DNA of 64,000 bases from Nocardioidaceae bacterium. GTDB lineage: Bacteria; Actinomycetota; Actinomycetes; Propionibacteriales; Nocardioidaceae. Below the pieces are notes generated by a model. That model was given only the letters and a program-made list of their open reading frames with translations, made no database searches and was not told the DNA's origin. Below are positions 30,032 to 40,894 of the stretch, in pieces (within the stretch, counting starts at the first letter, position 1; each line of letters begins with the position of its first letter). The translations under genes were made by a program, and so were the position numbers. The stretch is from positions 1,942 to 65,941 of the forward strand of contig JABFXA010000207.1 of the NCBI GenBank assembly GCA_013361955.1. Reading direction: 5' to 3'.

Positions 30032-31069
30032 TCAGAGCTCGGCGCGCAGGATCGACGCGGCACCGGCCATCGCGCGCATCTTTCCCTCGGCACTCGCGCG
30101 CGGGAGGTACTTCATCCCGCAGTCGGTGGCGATGGTGATCCGGTCGGGAGACGTGTACGCGAAGGCGCGGCGGACCCGGTCGGCGACCAGCTCGGCGGAC
30201 TCGACCTCGTGGTCGGACAGGTCGATGACCCCCAGGATGATGCTCTTCTCGCTGAGGTCCTTCAGGACGCCGAGGTCGAGACCCGACTGCGCGGTCTCGA
30301 TCGAGATCTGGTCGGCCGGGCAGCCGGCCAGCTCGGGAAGGAACGAGTACCCCTCGGGCCGCTCGTGGATGATCGCGGCGTACCCGAAGCAGATGTGTAC
30401 GGCCGTTGTGCCGGTGACGCCGTCGAGCGCCGCGTTGAGCGCCGCGAGGCCGTACTCGCGGGCCGCCTCCGGCCGCGCCTGCATGTACGGTTCGTCGATC
30501 TGGACCAGGTCGGCGCCGGCGGCGTGCAGGTCCTTGATCTCGGCGTTGACCGCGGCGGCGTACGCCAGCGCGGCGGACGCGAGGTCCGGGTAGTGGTCGT
30601 TCTGCGCCTGCTGCGACATCGTGAACGGGCCGGGCACCGTCATCTTGACGGTGTGGTCGGTGTTCGCCTTCAGGAACTCCACGTCGCGGACCCCGACCGG
30701 CTCCGGCCGCACGATCGGTCCGGCGATCCGCGGCACCGGGTTCGGGTGCCCGCTGCGGTCGAGGGCCGTCCCCGGGTTGTCGATGTCGACGCCCTCGAGG
30801 GCGGTGGCGAAGTGGTTGCTGTACGACTCCCGGCGCATCTCACCGTCGGTGATGACGTCGAGCCCCGCCTGCTCCTGGGCGCGGACGGCCAGCACCGTGG
30901 CGTCGTCCTGCGCCTGGGCGAGGTACTCCGGCGTGACCCGCCACAGCTCCCTCGCCCGTACCCGCGGCGGGAAGCGGCCGGCCAGCTTGGCCCGGTCGAT
31001 CAGCCAGTCCGGCTGGGCGTAGCTGCCCACCAGCGAGGTCGGGAGGATCGGCAGCGAGGTCGTGGTCAC
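30032..31069 (-). CDS. single-barrel (core) cobalamin-independent methionine synthase-like protein
   Basis: VGSY, ITDGE.RR, QIDEP, Zn ligands HICFG and TDCG; 345 aa, lacks the N-terminal MetE barrel. Confidence 0.88.
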   Translation of the reverse strand: MTTTSLPILPTSLVGSYAQPDWLIDRAKLAGRFPPRVRARELWRVTPEYLAQAQDDATVLAVRAQEQAGLDVITDGEMRRESYSNHFATALEGVDIDNPGTALDRSGHPNPVPRIAGPIVRPEPVGVRDVEFLKANTDHTVKMTVPGPFTMSQQAQNDHYPDLASAALAYAAAVNAEIKDLHAAGADLVQIDEPYMQARPEAAREYGLAALNAALDGVTGTTAVHICFGYAAIIHERPEGYSFLPELAGCPADQISIETAQSGLDLGVLKDLSEKSIILGVIDLSDHEVESAELVADRVRRAFAYTSPDRITIATDCGMKYLPRASAEGKMRAMAGAASILRAEL

Positions 31070-31136
31070 ACCGGTGACTCTAGAACCGCCGGTTCCGGAA
31101 GAGGAAGCGTGCGCGGCCGACTGAGCCGCGTGCTCG

Positions 31137-31340
31137 TCAGTGGAACACGACGGCGGCGACCAGCAGGAGGCCGAGGAACCCGACGACCAGGTACCGCGCG
31201 ATCCGCATCGGCTCCGACCGCCCGCGACGTCGCCACCGTCCGGCGACGAGCAGCATGACGACCAGCACGCCGAGGATGACGACCGTCAGGAGGCGTGGGT
31301 CCCACTCCTCGGTCCCCGGCAACGGAACCACGCGTGCCAC
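31137..31340 (-). CDS. small two-TM membrane protein (67 aa)
   Basis: Two hydrophobic segments separated by a basic loop. Confidence 0.5.
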   Translation of the reverse strand: MARVVPLPGTEEWDPRLLTVVILGVLVVMLLVAGRWRRRGRSEPMRIARYLVVGFLGLLLVAAVVFH

Positions 31341-31432
31341 AGATCCTCACCCCCACCCAGGAAGGCCCGGGTGATGGCTGTTCCCGAGCATGGCCAGGGC
31401 ATGCACGGGAGACCCACCCGGCGTCACGTCGA

Positions 31433-31652
31433 GCTGTGCAGGAGGTCCAGCTCGCGGTCGCCGCCACGCCCGACGCGATCGACGTCGGCTTCTGGCGTGC
31501 GGTGCTCGGGTTCGCAGCGCTGGCCGACGACAACGCCGTCGACCCGCTCGGCCGCGGCTCGACGGTCTGGATGCAGGAGCTCGTGCGCCGTGGCGGCAGC
31601 CCTGGCCGCGGGCGGTCGCATCGTGGAGGACGCCGACGTTCCGGCCTGGTGA
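31433..31652 (+). pseudogene. remnant of a VOC/glyoxalase-like (PCD-fused type) gene
   Basis: FWRAVLG...DPLGRGSTVWMQEL, then in another frame ALAAGGRIVEDADVPAW; internal deletion and no start. Confidence 0.6.
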
Positions 31653-31716
31653 TCAGCGCTAGCACGTCGCAGTACGGATGGTGCGCAAGGTGGTCCCGAG
31701 CGCGCGACTCCCGCGG

Positions 31717-31884
31717 CTAGTCAGCCGGGTTGTGCCTCTCGATCCGGGCCAGGACATGTTCGCGTGGCGGCGCGTGGCCGTGTTCCTGCTCCACATGGCT
31801 GAGCAGCGCATCCGCGAGCTGGTCGCCGTCGTCGCCAGAGAACGTTCGCTTGCAGCGAGGGCAGCGCAGCGTGAGGCCCGTCAT
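31717..31884 (-). CDS. small putative metal-binding protein (DUF1059-like, 55 aa)
   Basis: GGAGG RBS; CPRC...F.G.D...L...H...EHG. Confidence 0.6.
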   Translation of the reverse strand: MTGLTLRCPRCKRTFSGDDGDQLADALLSHVEQEHGHAPPREHVLARIERHNPAD

Positions 31885-31963
31885 GCCTCCCAGTGTCGCC
31901 CCGCCCGGCAACCACTGCACCCGGCGCCCGAGCAAGGCGGAGGCGGGACGTCGACGAACGCAG

Positions 31964-32908
31964 CTAACCGGGTAGCTCGGTCGGGAACGCGACTGCGTCG
32001 ACCAACGCGCCGTTGCGCAGCACCGTGATCTCCAACCGCTGCCCGATCGCGTCGGCGAACAGGCGCTTCTGGAGCGACTGCGCATCGCCCAGGGTGACGC
32101 CGTCGACCGCCAGCACCAGGTCCCCGGCGCGCAGGCCGCTCATCGCCGCGGGGCTGGTCTCGACGACCTCGACCACACGCAGGGCGGTACGCCGCCCGAA
32201 GCGCTCGACCTGGGCCGGCGTCAGGTGCGCCGGGGTGCTCACGAGGCCGAGGTAGGCCCGTCGTACCCGTCCGTCATGCATCAGCGCGTGGATGATCTGG
32301 TGGGTCGTCGCGTTGATCGGCACGGCGAGACCGAGCCCCACCCCCGCGACCGCGGTGTTGATCCCCACCACACGACCGCGGCCGTCGGCCAGCGCGCCGC
32401 CGGAGCTGCCCGGGTTGAGCGCCGCGTCGGTCTGGATGACGTCCTCGATCAGCCGGGCTGCGGTCGCGGTCCGGACGGGCATGCTGCGTCCCAGGGCGCT
32501 CACCACCCCGGCCGTCACCGTACCGGAGAGGCCGAGCGGGTTGCCGACCGCGACCACCAGTGAGCCGACGAGGAGCGAGTCGGCGTCGCCGTAGTCCGGC
32601 GGGGTCGGCACCTCGCGATCAGCACGGATGACCGCGATGTCCGAGAGGCGGTCACGCCCGACGACGTCGAAGCGGGCGATGGTCCCGTCGGCGAACTCGG
32701 CCACACCACCGTCCGCCCTGCCGACGACATGGGCATTCGTGAGCAGGTGCGACTCCGCGGTGAGGACCACGGCAGAACCCACCGACTCGTGGCCCTCCGA
32801 GCGCGGCCGAAGAGCAGCCACCCGCGGAGTCAGCTGCGCCGCGACCGAGGTGACGATCGCCGAGTAGGCGTCCATGCCGTCTCGGTCGGCCGGCGGATCG
32901 GTGGCCAT
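31964..32908 (-). CDS. HtrA/DegP-like S1C serine protease with PDZ domain
   Basis: LTNAHVV, DIAV, TDAALNPGSSGG, GINTAV; PDZ SPAAMSGLRAGDLV. Confidence 0.93.
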   Translation of the reverse strand: MATDPPADRDGMDAYSAIVTSVAAQLTPRVAALRPRSEGHESVGSAVVLTAESHLLTNAHVVGRADGGVAEFADGTIARFDVVGRDRLSDIAVIRADREVPTPPDYGDADSLLVGSLVVAVGNPLGLSGTVTAGVVSALGRSMPVRTATAARLIEDVIQTDAALNPGSSGGALADGRGRVVGINTAVAGVGLGLAVPINATTHQIIHALMHDGRVRRAYLGLVSTPAHLTPAQVERFGRRTALRVVEVVETSPAAMSGLRAGDLVLAVDGVTLGDAQSLQKRLFADAIGQRLEITVLRNGALVDAVAFPTELPG

Positions 32909-32993
32909 GCAGCGGCAACGGGTCGCGGCCACGCCGGATTCCGCAGTTCGCGCAGAGCGAACCCCTGGCCCCGATCCGACTACGGTGTGACAC

Positions 32994-33629
32994 GTGGCCT
33001 GGCTGTCCGACACCCGTTCGTCGTACGACACGGACGCGTCTGGTTACGCCGAGAAGGTGCGCGGACTGCTCGACGAGAGGCCCTACCTCCGCGCCAGCCT
33101 GGCGCTGTTCGCCCAGCTGGTGCGCGACGCCGGGGGCGGGCCGGTCGCCGATGTCGGCTGCGGGCCGGGGCACGTCACCGGCCACCTCCACGACGCCGGC
33201 GTGGACGCCTTCGGCATCGACCTGTCGTCCGAGATGGTCGCCATCGCGAGGCGCGACCACCCGCACCTACGTTTCGAGGTCGGGACGATGACCGACCTCG
33301 ACCTGGCGGACGACGCGGTCGCCGGCATCGTCGCGTTCTGGTCCGTGATCCACGTTCCTGACGACGCCGTACCCGGTGTGTTCCTGGAGTTCGGCCGAGT
33401 GTTGCGACCACAGGGTCTGCTGTTGATCGGCTTCCACGTCGGTGACCAGACGCGACACACGTCAACGGGCTACACGGGGCGTCCGATCAGTGTCGACAGC
33501 CACCGTCGTACGCCGGGCAAGGTTAGGGGCTGGCTGCGTGACGCGGGGTTCACGACGGAGGCCGAGCTGGTGGTCGGACCGGACGACGACGTCCCGGGAG
33601 CACTCGTCTTCGCGCGCAGCAACGCCTGA
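32994..33629 (+). CDS. class I SAM-dependent methyltransferase
   Basis: VADVGCGPG, GIDLSSEMV, RVLRPQG. Confidence 0.9.
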   Translation: MAWLSDTRSSYDTDASGYAEKVRGLLDERPYLRASLALFAQLVRDAGGGPVADVGCGPGHVTGHLHDAGVDAFGIDLSSEMVAIARRDHPHLRFEVGTMTDLDLADDAVAGIVAFWSVIHVPDDAVPGVFLEFGRVLRPQGLLLIGFHVGDQTRHTSTGYTGRPISVDSHRRTPGKVRGWLRDAGFTTEAELVVGPDDDVPGALVFARSNA

Positions 33630-33681
33630 TCGCGACTCGACGCCGCCCGGAACCGAGCACTGCGTCGGTAACCTGCGTCCC

Positions 33682-34119
33682 ATGCCCATCAAGCTCGAAA
33701 ACGTCGGGATAGCCGTCCGCGACCTCGAAGCGACGATCGCCTTCTTCACCGACCTGGGGCTCACGGTCCTCGGCCGAGACACGGTCAGCGGAGAGTGGAC
33801 CGACACCGCAGTCGGCCTCGACGGCAACCACGCCAAGATCGCCATGCTCCAGACACCGGACGGCAACGGCCGCCTGGAGCTCTTCGAGTACATCCACCCC
33901 GACGCGATCGAGACCGACCCAACCCTGCCCAACGAGATCGGCATGCACCGCGTGGCCTTCTCGGTCGACGACATCGACGAGGCCCTCCGGATCGCCGCGA
34001 GCCACGGTTGTCACCCGCTGCGCGGCGTGGCGACGTACGAGGACGTCTACAAGCTCACCTATCTCCGCGGCCCCAGCGGCATCCTCGTGATGCTCGCCGA
34101 GGAGCTGATCAAGAAGTAA
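33682..34119 (+). CDS. VOC/glyoxalase family protein
   Basis: NVGIAVRDLE, RLELFEY, HRVAFSVDDID, YLRGPSGILVMLAE. Confidence 0.9.
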   Translation: MPIKLENVGIAVRDLEATIAFFTDLGLTVLGRDTVSGEWTDTAVGLDGNHAKIAMLQTPDGNGRLELFEYIHPDAIETDPTLPNEIGMHRVAFSVDDIDEALRIAASHGCHPLRGVATYEDVYKLTYLRGPSGILVMLAEELIKK

Positions 34120-34229
34120 CCGGCCCCTCCGGGCCAGGGCCGGCGCTCGGCGCTCTCGCCTCACCCGTCACCTGCCGGGCCGCCGACCCGGCTAGGAGGT
34201 GGCCGGCCGAGACCGGGAGTCACGTGTGA

Positions 34230-34316
34230 GGTGCCGACGAGTCGTGGGTTGTGCTCGCCGAACCGGAGGGCAACGAGTTCTGCGTCGTACGCCCGAAGAC
34301 CACGCTGACGACCTGA
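34230..34316 (+). pseudogene. C-terminal scrap of a VOC family gene
   Basis: SWVVLAEPEGNEFCVV-stop, with no upstream body. Confidence 0.65.
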
Positions 34317-34420
34317 GGCCATCGGCACCGTCGCCGCCATGGCGGGTCGGGGGGCTCGACTGCCGCGGCATCAGCATCGGGACGGCGGTGGGTGAGCGCC
34401 GTCCAGCTACCCTGCGACGC

Positions 34421-34888
34421 ATGCCGATCCCCGACTTCGTCGTCGAGCTCAGGAAGCACGTGGGCCGCGCCGAGCTGTGGATGCCGGGGGTGACAGCCGT
34501 GATCTGTCGAGGCGACGAGGTGCTGCTGGTGCGCCGTTCGGACAACGGCGAGTGGGGACCGGTCACGGGAATCGTCGATCCCGGTGAGGAGCCTGCCCAC
34601 TGCGCGGCTCGTGAGGCCCGCGAGGAGGCCGGGGTGGAGATCCGAGTCGACCGGCTTGCCTCGACGTCGGTGATGCGAGGCGTGGTCCACGCGAACGGAG
34701 ATCGAGCCTCGTACCTCGACCTGGCCTTCCGCTGCACCTGGTTGTCCGGCGACGCACGGCCCCATGACGACGAGTGCGTCGAGGTCGAATGGTTCCGGCC
34801 GGAGCACTTTCCGGCGATGAAGCAGAGCCTCCTCGACCGCATCGACTCCGCGCTGTCCGATGAGGTGGCGGCTCGCTTTCAGCGTTGA
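34421..34888 (+). CDS. NUDIX hydrolase
   Basis: G....GE....CAAREAREEAG NUDIX box. Confidence 0.9.
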   Translation: MPIPDFVVELRKHVGRAELWMPGVTAVICRGDEVLLVRRSDNGEWGPVTGIVDPGEEPAHCAAREAREEAGVEIRVDRLASTSVMRGVVHANGDRASYLDLAFRCTWLSGDARPHDDECVEVEWFRPEHFPAMKQSLLDRIDSALSDEVAARFQR

Positions 34889-34997
34889 CGGCGTGGCGAT
34901 TCCTCCTCGCGTGTGAAGCCGTCACCGACGATTCACGTCGGGACAGCCCGCGCTCCGCGCGGCCGGGTCGGCGACACCCATCGCTACGTTGGGCGTC

Positions 34998-35327
34998 ATG
35001 GAGTGCGACGAGTACCAGCGCGCCGCCTTGCGCACGGCCCGCGACCCAGAAGCCCGAGACGAGTTCATGCACCTGGTCCTGGGCTTGGTGGGCGAGGCGG
35101 GCGAGATCGCCGAGAAGGTCAAGAAGCCGGTCCGCGACAAGGGCAGTGACGTCACCCAGCTCGACCGCGACGACATGGCGGCCGAGCTCGGCGACGTCCT
35201 CTGGTACACGGCGGTGCTGGCGAGCTTCCTGGGACTCTCGTTCGACGACGTCGCCCAGCGGAACGTCGACAAGCTGGCGGACGGGCAACGTCGCGCCGTC
35301 CTCGGGGGCAGGAACACGGCGCTCTGA
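34998..35327 (+). CDS. MazG-like nucleoside triphosphate pyrophosphohydrolase
   Basis: GLVGEAGEIAEKVKK...ELGDVLWY...N..KL. Confidence 0.88.
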   Translation: MECDEYQRAALRTARDPEARDEFMHLVLGLVGEAGEIAEKVKKPVRDKGSDVTQLDRDDMAAELGDVLWYTAVLASFLGLSFDDVAQRNVDKLADGQRRAVLGGRNTAL

Positions 35328-35563
35328 CACGTGGTCGGGCCGCCCTCCTCCGACATGCACACGGTGGGCCAGAGGCCGCGTGGGCGAAGCGGAAGTACTC
35401 CTCCACGTCGACGTTGAACCGCGCGGGCACGACGCACGTCCAGCCGACCCGTTCACCCCTGCTCCCTCCGTGGTCCCGGGGCTGTGACGCGGCAGCGGCG
35501 TGGCGGCGTCCCGTGGATGTGTCGCCTCTGCCGCCGCAGCGCCGCTGTCGCGACAATGACGGC

Positions 35564-36034
35564 ATGGCGCAGGGTTCCGAGGACACCGTCGCGTTCCGGC
35601 TGTGGCCGCCGGTCGCGATCGGTGCGCCGCTGGTCGTCGGGTGGGTGGCCACGCTGACGTGGGGTGACCCGGTCGACCTGGGCGGGTGGCGGGTACCGCT
35701 CGGCGTGGTGCTGGTGCTGGTGTTCGTCGCGTGGAACGGCTGGTCGCTGTGGCTGTTCGGCCGGCACGAGACCGGGCTGCTGCCGGGACAGGCGACGGAG
35801 GCGATGATCGAGGAGGGCCCGTACCGGCTCTCCCGCAACCCGTTGTACGTCGGCCTGCTCGCGCTGTACGTCGGGCTGGCGTTGCTGGCGCCCACGTTCT
35901 GGGGGCTGGTGCTGTTCCCGGTCGCGGTGCTGCTCGTGCTCTGCGGCGCGATCCGGCCCGAGGAGCGGTTCCTGCACGAGCGGTTCGGGGCGTCGTACGA
36001 CGACTACACCCGGCGGGTGCGCCGCTGGTTGTGA
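35564..36034 (+). CDS. isoprenylcysteine/phospholipid methyltransferase family membrane protein
   Basis: GPYRLSRNPLY...EERFL...FG..YDDY...VRRW. Confidence 0.9.
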   Translation: MAQGSEDTVAFRLWPPVAIGAPLVVGWVATLTWGDPVDLGGWRVPLGVVLVLVFVAWNGWSLWLFGRHETGLLPGQATEAMIEEGPYRLSRNPLYVGLLALYVGLALLAPTFWGLVLFPVAVLLVLCGAIRPEERFLHERFGASYDDYTRRVRRWL

Positions 36035-36073
36035 GCAGGGCGTGAAGTCCGCCGGAAAGAGTTCGCGTCGGGA

Positions 36074-36100
36074 TGTCGAGAACCCGCACGCGTCTCCGTC
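36074..36100 (+). promoter_or_regulatory. candidate ECF42 autoregulatory promoter
   Basis: TGTCGA-N17-CGTC, 50 bp upstream of the DGPF gene. Confidence 0.65.
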
Positions 36101-36150
36101 CCAGCAGCGAACACGGCCACAATGGGCCGTACCTCACCAAGGAGAACACG

Positions 36151-36554
36151 ATGGCCAAGTACCTGCTGCTCAAGCACTACCGGGGCGCGCCGGCAGCGGT
36201 GAACGACGTGCCGATGGACCAGTGGGAGCCGGACGAGGTGTCGGCCCACCTCCAGTACATGCGTGACTTCGCCACCCGCCTCGAGGGCACCGGCGAGTTC
36301 GTGGACAGCCAGGCGCTCTCCCCCGACGGCACGTTCGTCCGCTACGACGGCGAGGGGCGGCCGCCGGTCACCGACGGCCCGTTCGCGGAGACCAAGGACC
36401 TGATCGCCGGCTGGATGGTGATCGACGTCGAGACCTACGAGCGCGCGCTCGAGCTGGCCGGCGAGCTGTCCGCGGCGCCCGGTGCGGGCGGCAAGCCGAT
36501 CCACGAGTGGCTCGAGGTGCGCCCGTTCTACGGCGAGCAGTCCACGGCCACCGG

Positions 36555-36558
<4 letters not shown>
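36151..36558 (+). CDS. YciI/DGPF-family protein
   Basis: AAGGAG RBS; VTDGPFAETKDLIAGW...EVRP. Confidence 0.93.
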
Positions 36559-37739
<1,181 letters not shown>

Positions 37740-38426
37740 GGTCCAGCCGCACGGCCACGCGCGCGACCAGCTGCTGGCTGGGCCGGCGGGCGGCGACGAG
37801 CACCGCGGTCGTCACCACGGCGCCGACCGCGAGTCCGGCGACCACGTCGGGCGGGAAGTGCGCACCGACGTACACCCGGGCCGCGGCCATCAGCAGTGCC
37901 GCGACGACGGTGAGGGTGGACAACCAGGTCGGGCGCCGCCTGCCTCGCGCGAGGTGTCGCTGCGTCACAGCACGCCGGCAGCGACGGCGCCGGCCATCAC
38001 CCCGTGGTCGCTGGGGAAGGAGTAGTCGGTGCTGTGCGCGACGAGGGTGAACGCGTGCGGGAACACCGTGTACGGGCGTGCCTCGGCGAACGAGCCGACC
38101 AGCGGCTGGTTGACCGCGAGCGCCAGCAGGGTGGCGAGCGGCGCCCACAGCGCCGCGGTGAGTGCGGCGTCCGCCGACGGGTCCGGGGCTCCCCCGGCAC
38201 TGCTCGGCCGGGTGGTCCGTCGTGCCCACCACCAGTTGGCGAGCAGGATCAGCGCGAACAGCGCCACCCCGTCGTCCGCGAACAGCCGCACGGGTGCGTG
38301 CAGCGACGGGGTCGTCGCGGCCAGGTGGTTGACCGCGAGGAACCAGGCGTCCTGGAGAGCACCGAGCACGACGTGAGGTGCGGCCGAAGGAACGATGAGC
38401 ACGACGCCGACGCTAGGGTTCCGCTA

Positions 38427-39824
38427 TTACCGCAACCTGACCGCGCACCGTGCCGCGTCGACGGCTCCGACCGGCAGCCGCAGGGAGATGCTCGAACCGT
38501 CGATGCGCGCGTCGCCCCGGTGGGCCTCGGCGACGGCCTTGACGAGGGCCAGGCCCAGCCCGGTGCCGGGCGAGCTCCGGCTCTCGTCTCCTCGGGTGAA
38601 CCGGTCGAACGCGACCCGAGCGAGCCTCGGCGGGAAGCCGTGCCCCTCGTCGCTCACGGTGACCTGTACGTCGGACGTGCCCGGTGCGTGCCGCCCGGTC
38701 AGGGTGATCGTGCCCTCGCCGTGCCGGAGCGCGTTCGCGGCCAGGTTGGTGATCGCCAGGTCGAGCCACCGCGCGTTGCCGGTCACGAGCACCTGCTCGT
38801 CGACGGCCACCCGCACCCGCCTGCCCTGACGGTCCGCTTCGGGGCGCAGCCGGTCCGCCGCGTCCGTGACCAGCTCCGAGACGTCGACGACGTCGGCGGT
38901 GGCCCGTGTCCGCCCGGGCTCGTCGAGCCCGCGCAGCTCCTCGAGCTCGAGCAGCGCGTTCGAGAGACCGATCAGCCGCTCGACCTGCGTGCCGAGCGAG
39001 GCGTAGGTGTCGGTCTGCTCGGCGGCGGTCTGCGGATGCAGTGCGGCCACCTCGAGCTCGGTGCGCATCAGCGCCAGCGGCGACCTGAGCTCGTGCGACG
39101 CGTCGGCCAGGAACTGGCGCTCACGGGCGTGTGCCTCGTCCAGGTGCTGCAGCAGTGCGTTGAAGGTGTGCCCGAGCCGGGTGATCTCGTCGTCCTTGTT
39201 CCGGTCGACCGGAAGCACCAGCGCGGAGTCCGCTCCGGCGGCGGCGCGGCGGTAGCTCTCGACCGGGTTGAGGGCGGCGCGCGCGGTGCAGTAGCCGACG
39301 ATGCTGGCCGCGGCCAGGGTGACCAGGTCGGCGAGGGCGAGCTGCAGCAGCAGCTCCCGCAGGGCCTCGTCGTGCTTGTGCCGACTGATGCTGGCCGCGA
39401 CCACCACCGTCCCGCTCGGGGTCCGCACCCGCGACGTCACGAAGCGGTAGGCCACCTCGGCGGGCGGCAGGAACGAGCCGATGTCGTCGCGGTGCGTCCG
39501 CCCGGCGAGCGTGTCGTGCACCTCTTGGCGGTCGGCCAGCCGCTTGTGCATGTTCCCGGCCACGACGTCCCCGGCGGCGTCGTACACCTGGTACCGCTGC
39601 CCCGGCGTGTCCGAGGGTGGTTGGGCTCCGTGGGCGACCGCCCGGTCCACCACCCGCTGGTAGGCGTCGAGGTCCTGGTCGAGCTGCCGGCTGAGGGCGT
39701 ACGCGACCCGCCAGACCACGAAGGCACCGGCCGCGAGGAGCACCACCGCCATCGCGCCGGTGACCACGAGCACCAGCCTGGTGACGATCGGCCGGTCCCC
39801 GATGAGGCGGCGCCACAGCCTCAT
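38427..39824 (-). CDS. HAMP-domain sensor histidine kinase
   Basis: Two TMs; DEITRLG..FN; H-box ADASHELRSPL; N, G1, F and G2 boxes (NLAANA, DEGHG, FDRF, GTGLGL). Confidence 0.93.
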   Translation of the reverse strand: MRLWRRLIGDRPIVTRLVLVVTGAMAVVLLAAGAFVVWRVAYALSRQLDQDLDAYQRVVDRAVAHGAQPPSDTPGQRYQVYDAAGDVVAGNMHKRLADRQEVHDTLAGRTHRDDIGSFLPPAEVAYRFVTSRVRTPSGTVVVAASISRHKHDEALRELLLQLALADLVTLAAASIVGYCTARAALNPVESYRRAAAGADSALVLPVDRNKDDEITRLGHTFNALLQHLDEAHARERQFLADASHELRSPLALMRTELEVAALHPQTAAEQTDTYASLGTQVERLIGLSNALLELEELRGLDEPGRTRATADVVDVSELVTDAADRLRPEADRQGRRVRVAVDEQVLVTGNARWLDLAITNLAANALRHGEGTITLTGRHAPGTSDVQVTVSDEGHGFPPRLARVAFDRFTRGDESRSSPGTGLGLALVKAVAEAHRGDARIDGSSISLRLPVGAVDAARCAVRLR

Positions 39825-40046
39825 GCGGCACCCCGCGTCGATGGCGGCAGGTCCGCCGCGAGGAGGTTCGGTGACGCCACGGCCCGGACGCTAGGCGGAC
39901 GGGGTTACCGGAGACTGACGCGGGGAGGGAGCGGCCCTGGTGCCCGACACGAGGTGGGCAAGCGCCGGGCACCACGGGGACCTCGTCACCGGCGAACGTA
40001 GACCCCGAACCTGTCGGCGGGGTGAAGGCCCGTCCTGGCGATCCGG

Positions 40047-40214
40047 ATGCTGCTCCAGGTCGCCAGGATCGCCACCGACGCCGCCGCCTCGGAGACGTTC
40101 GACGACGCCATCGGCGACCTCGCCGAGGCCTACGCCGACCTGAACGAGCAGGACCACCGTGCGTTCGTCCGAGCCGTCATGGACGCGCGGGCCGCGGGCC
40201 GGCACGACCTCTGA
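40047..40214 (+). pseudogene. C-terminal remnant of a DUF2252-like gene
   Basis: ETFDDAIGDLAEAYADLNEQDHRAFVRAV resembles the DUF2252 C-terminus as recalled. Confidence 0.55.
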
Positions 40215-40335
40215 GAACGCGGCTCGGGGCAGGCCCAGGGAGCCTGCGGGCCCGTCTGGGGGGTCATCCCGATGTGTGGGGCTCGCTGCCGGCGGAGGCT
40301 GGACGCAGGCAAGGGCGAGCGCGAGAGGGAAGACG

Positions 40336-40440
40336 ATGATCGACTGGGACTCGGACGACTGGGGCAACGGCGTCACCTACGCGGCCAACGGGTCCTGGGT
40401 CACCGACCGGCACGGTGACGACGACATCGCACTGGACTGA
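40336..40440 (+). CDS. small acidic ORF (34 aa) or gene scrap
   Basis: GAGAGGGA RBS; MIDWDSDDWGNGVTYAANGSWVTDRHGDDDIALD. Confidence 0.3.
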   Translation: MIDWDSDDWGNGVTYAANGSWVTDRHGDDDIALD

Positions 40441-40537
40441 GCGGTCTGCCGGCGCAGCCCTGGGCCCACGTTCGTGGGACCCAGGGCCGCCCCGATCCGT
40501 CGACCTCAGCAGCCGCTCGGGGTCACCGGGTACGGCG

Positions 40538-40715
40538 TCACGACGTCAGCCACTGGTTCATCTGCTCGACCTCGGCCTGCTGCGACGAGGCGATGCTCTT
40601 CGCCAGCGCGACCGCGTCCGGGTTCTTCCCCCGCGCCTGCTCGGCCTTCGCCATCGTGATGGCACCGTCGTGGTGCTCGACCATCATCTGCAGCCACAGC
40701 TCGTCGAAGTGACCG
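40538..40715 (-). pseudogene. C-terminal remnant of a DUF305 (ferritin-like) protein
   Basis: FDELWLQMMVEHHDGAITMA...LAKSI...Q..EVEQM..WL. Confidence 0.8.
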
Positions 40716-40894
40716 ATGCTCCACCACGTCATCGCCTGCGAGGTCGCGCTGCGCGAGCCGGCCCGACGTGGCCGCTGGCCGGATTACCATGGCAGCAGGT
40801 TTCGCAAACGGTCCTCGTGGGGCAGGGCCACGGTGGGACCTTCTCCTGAAGCCGGGCTCGGGGACGGCGCCGCGGCGAACCCGAGGAGGCGGAT

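Noticed and set aside
31070-31136. SAM riboswitch or Met T-box upstream of the MetE-like gene
   Set aside because: A TANNNT box lies 7 nt from the start codon, leaving no leader to hold one.
31961-31976. c-di-AMP (ydaO) riboswitch 3' motif (CAGCTAACCGGGTAG)
   Set aside because: It is the antisense of the last codons of the HtrA gene, and the 5' half of the aptamer is absent.
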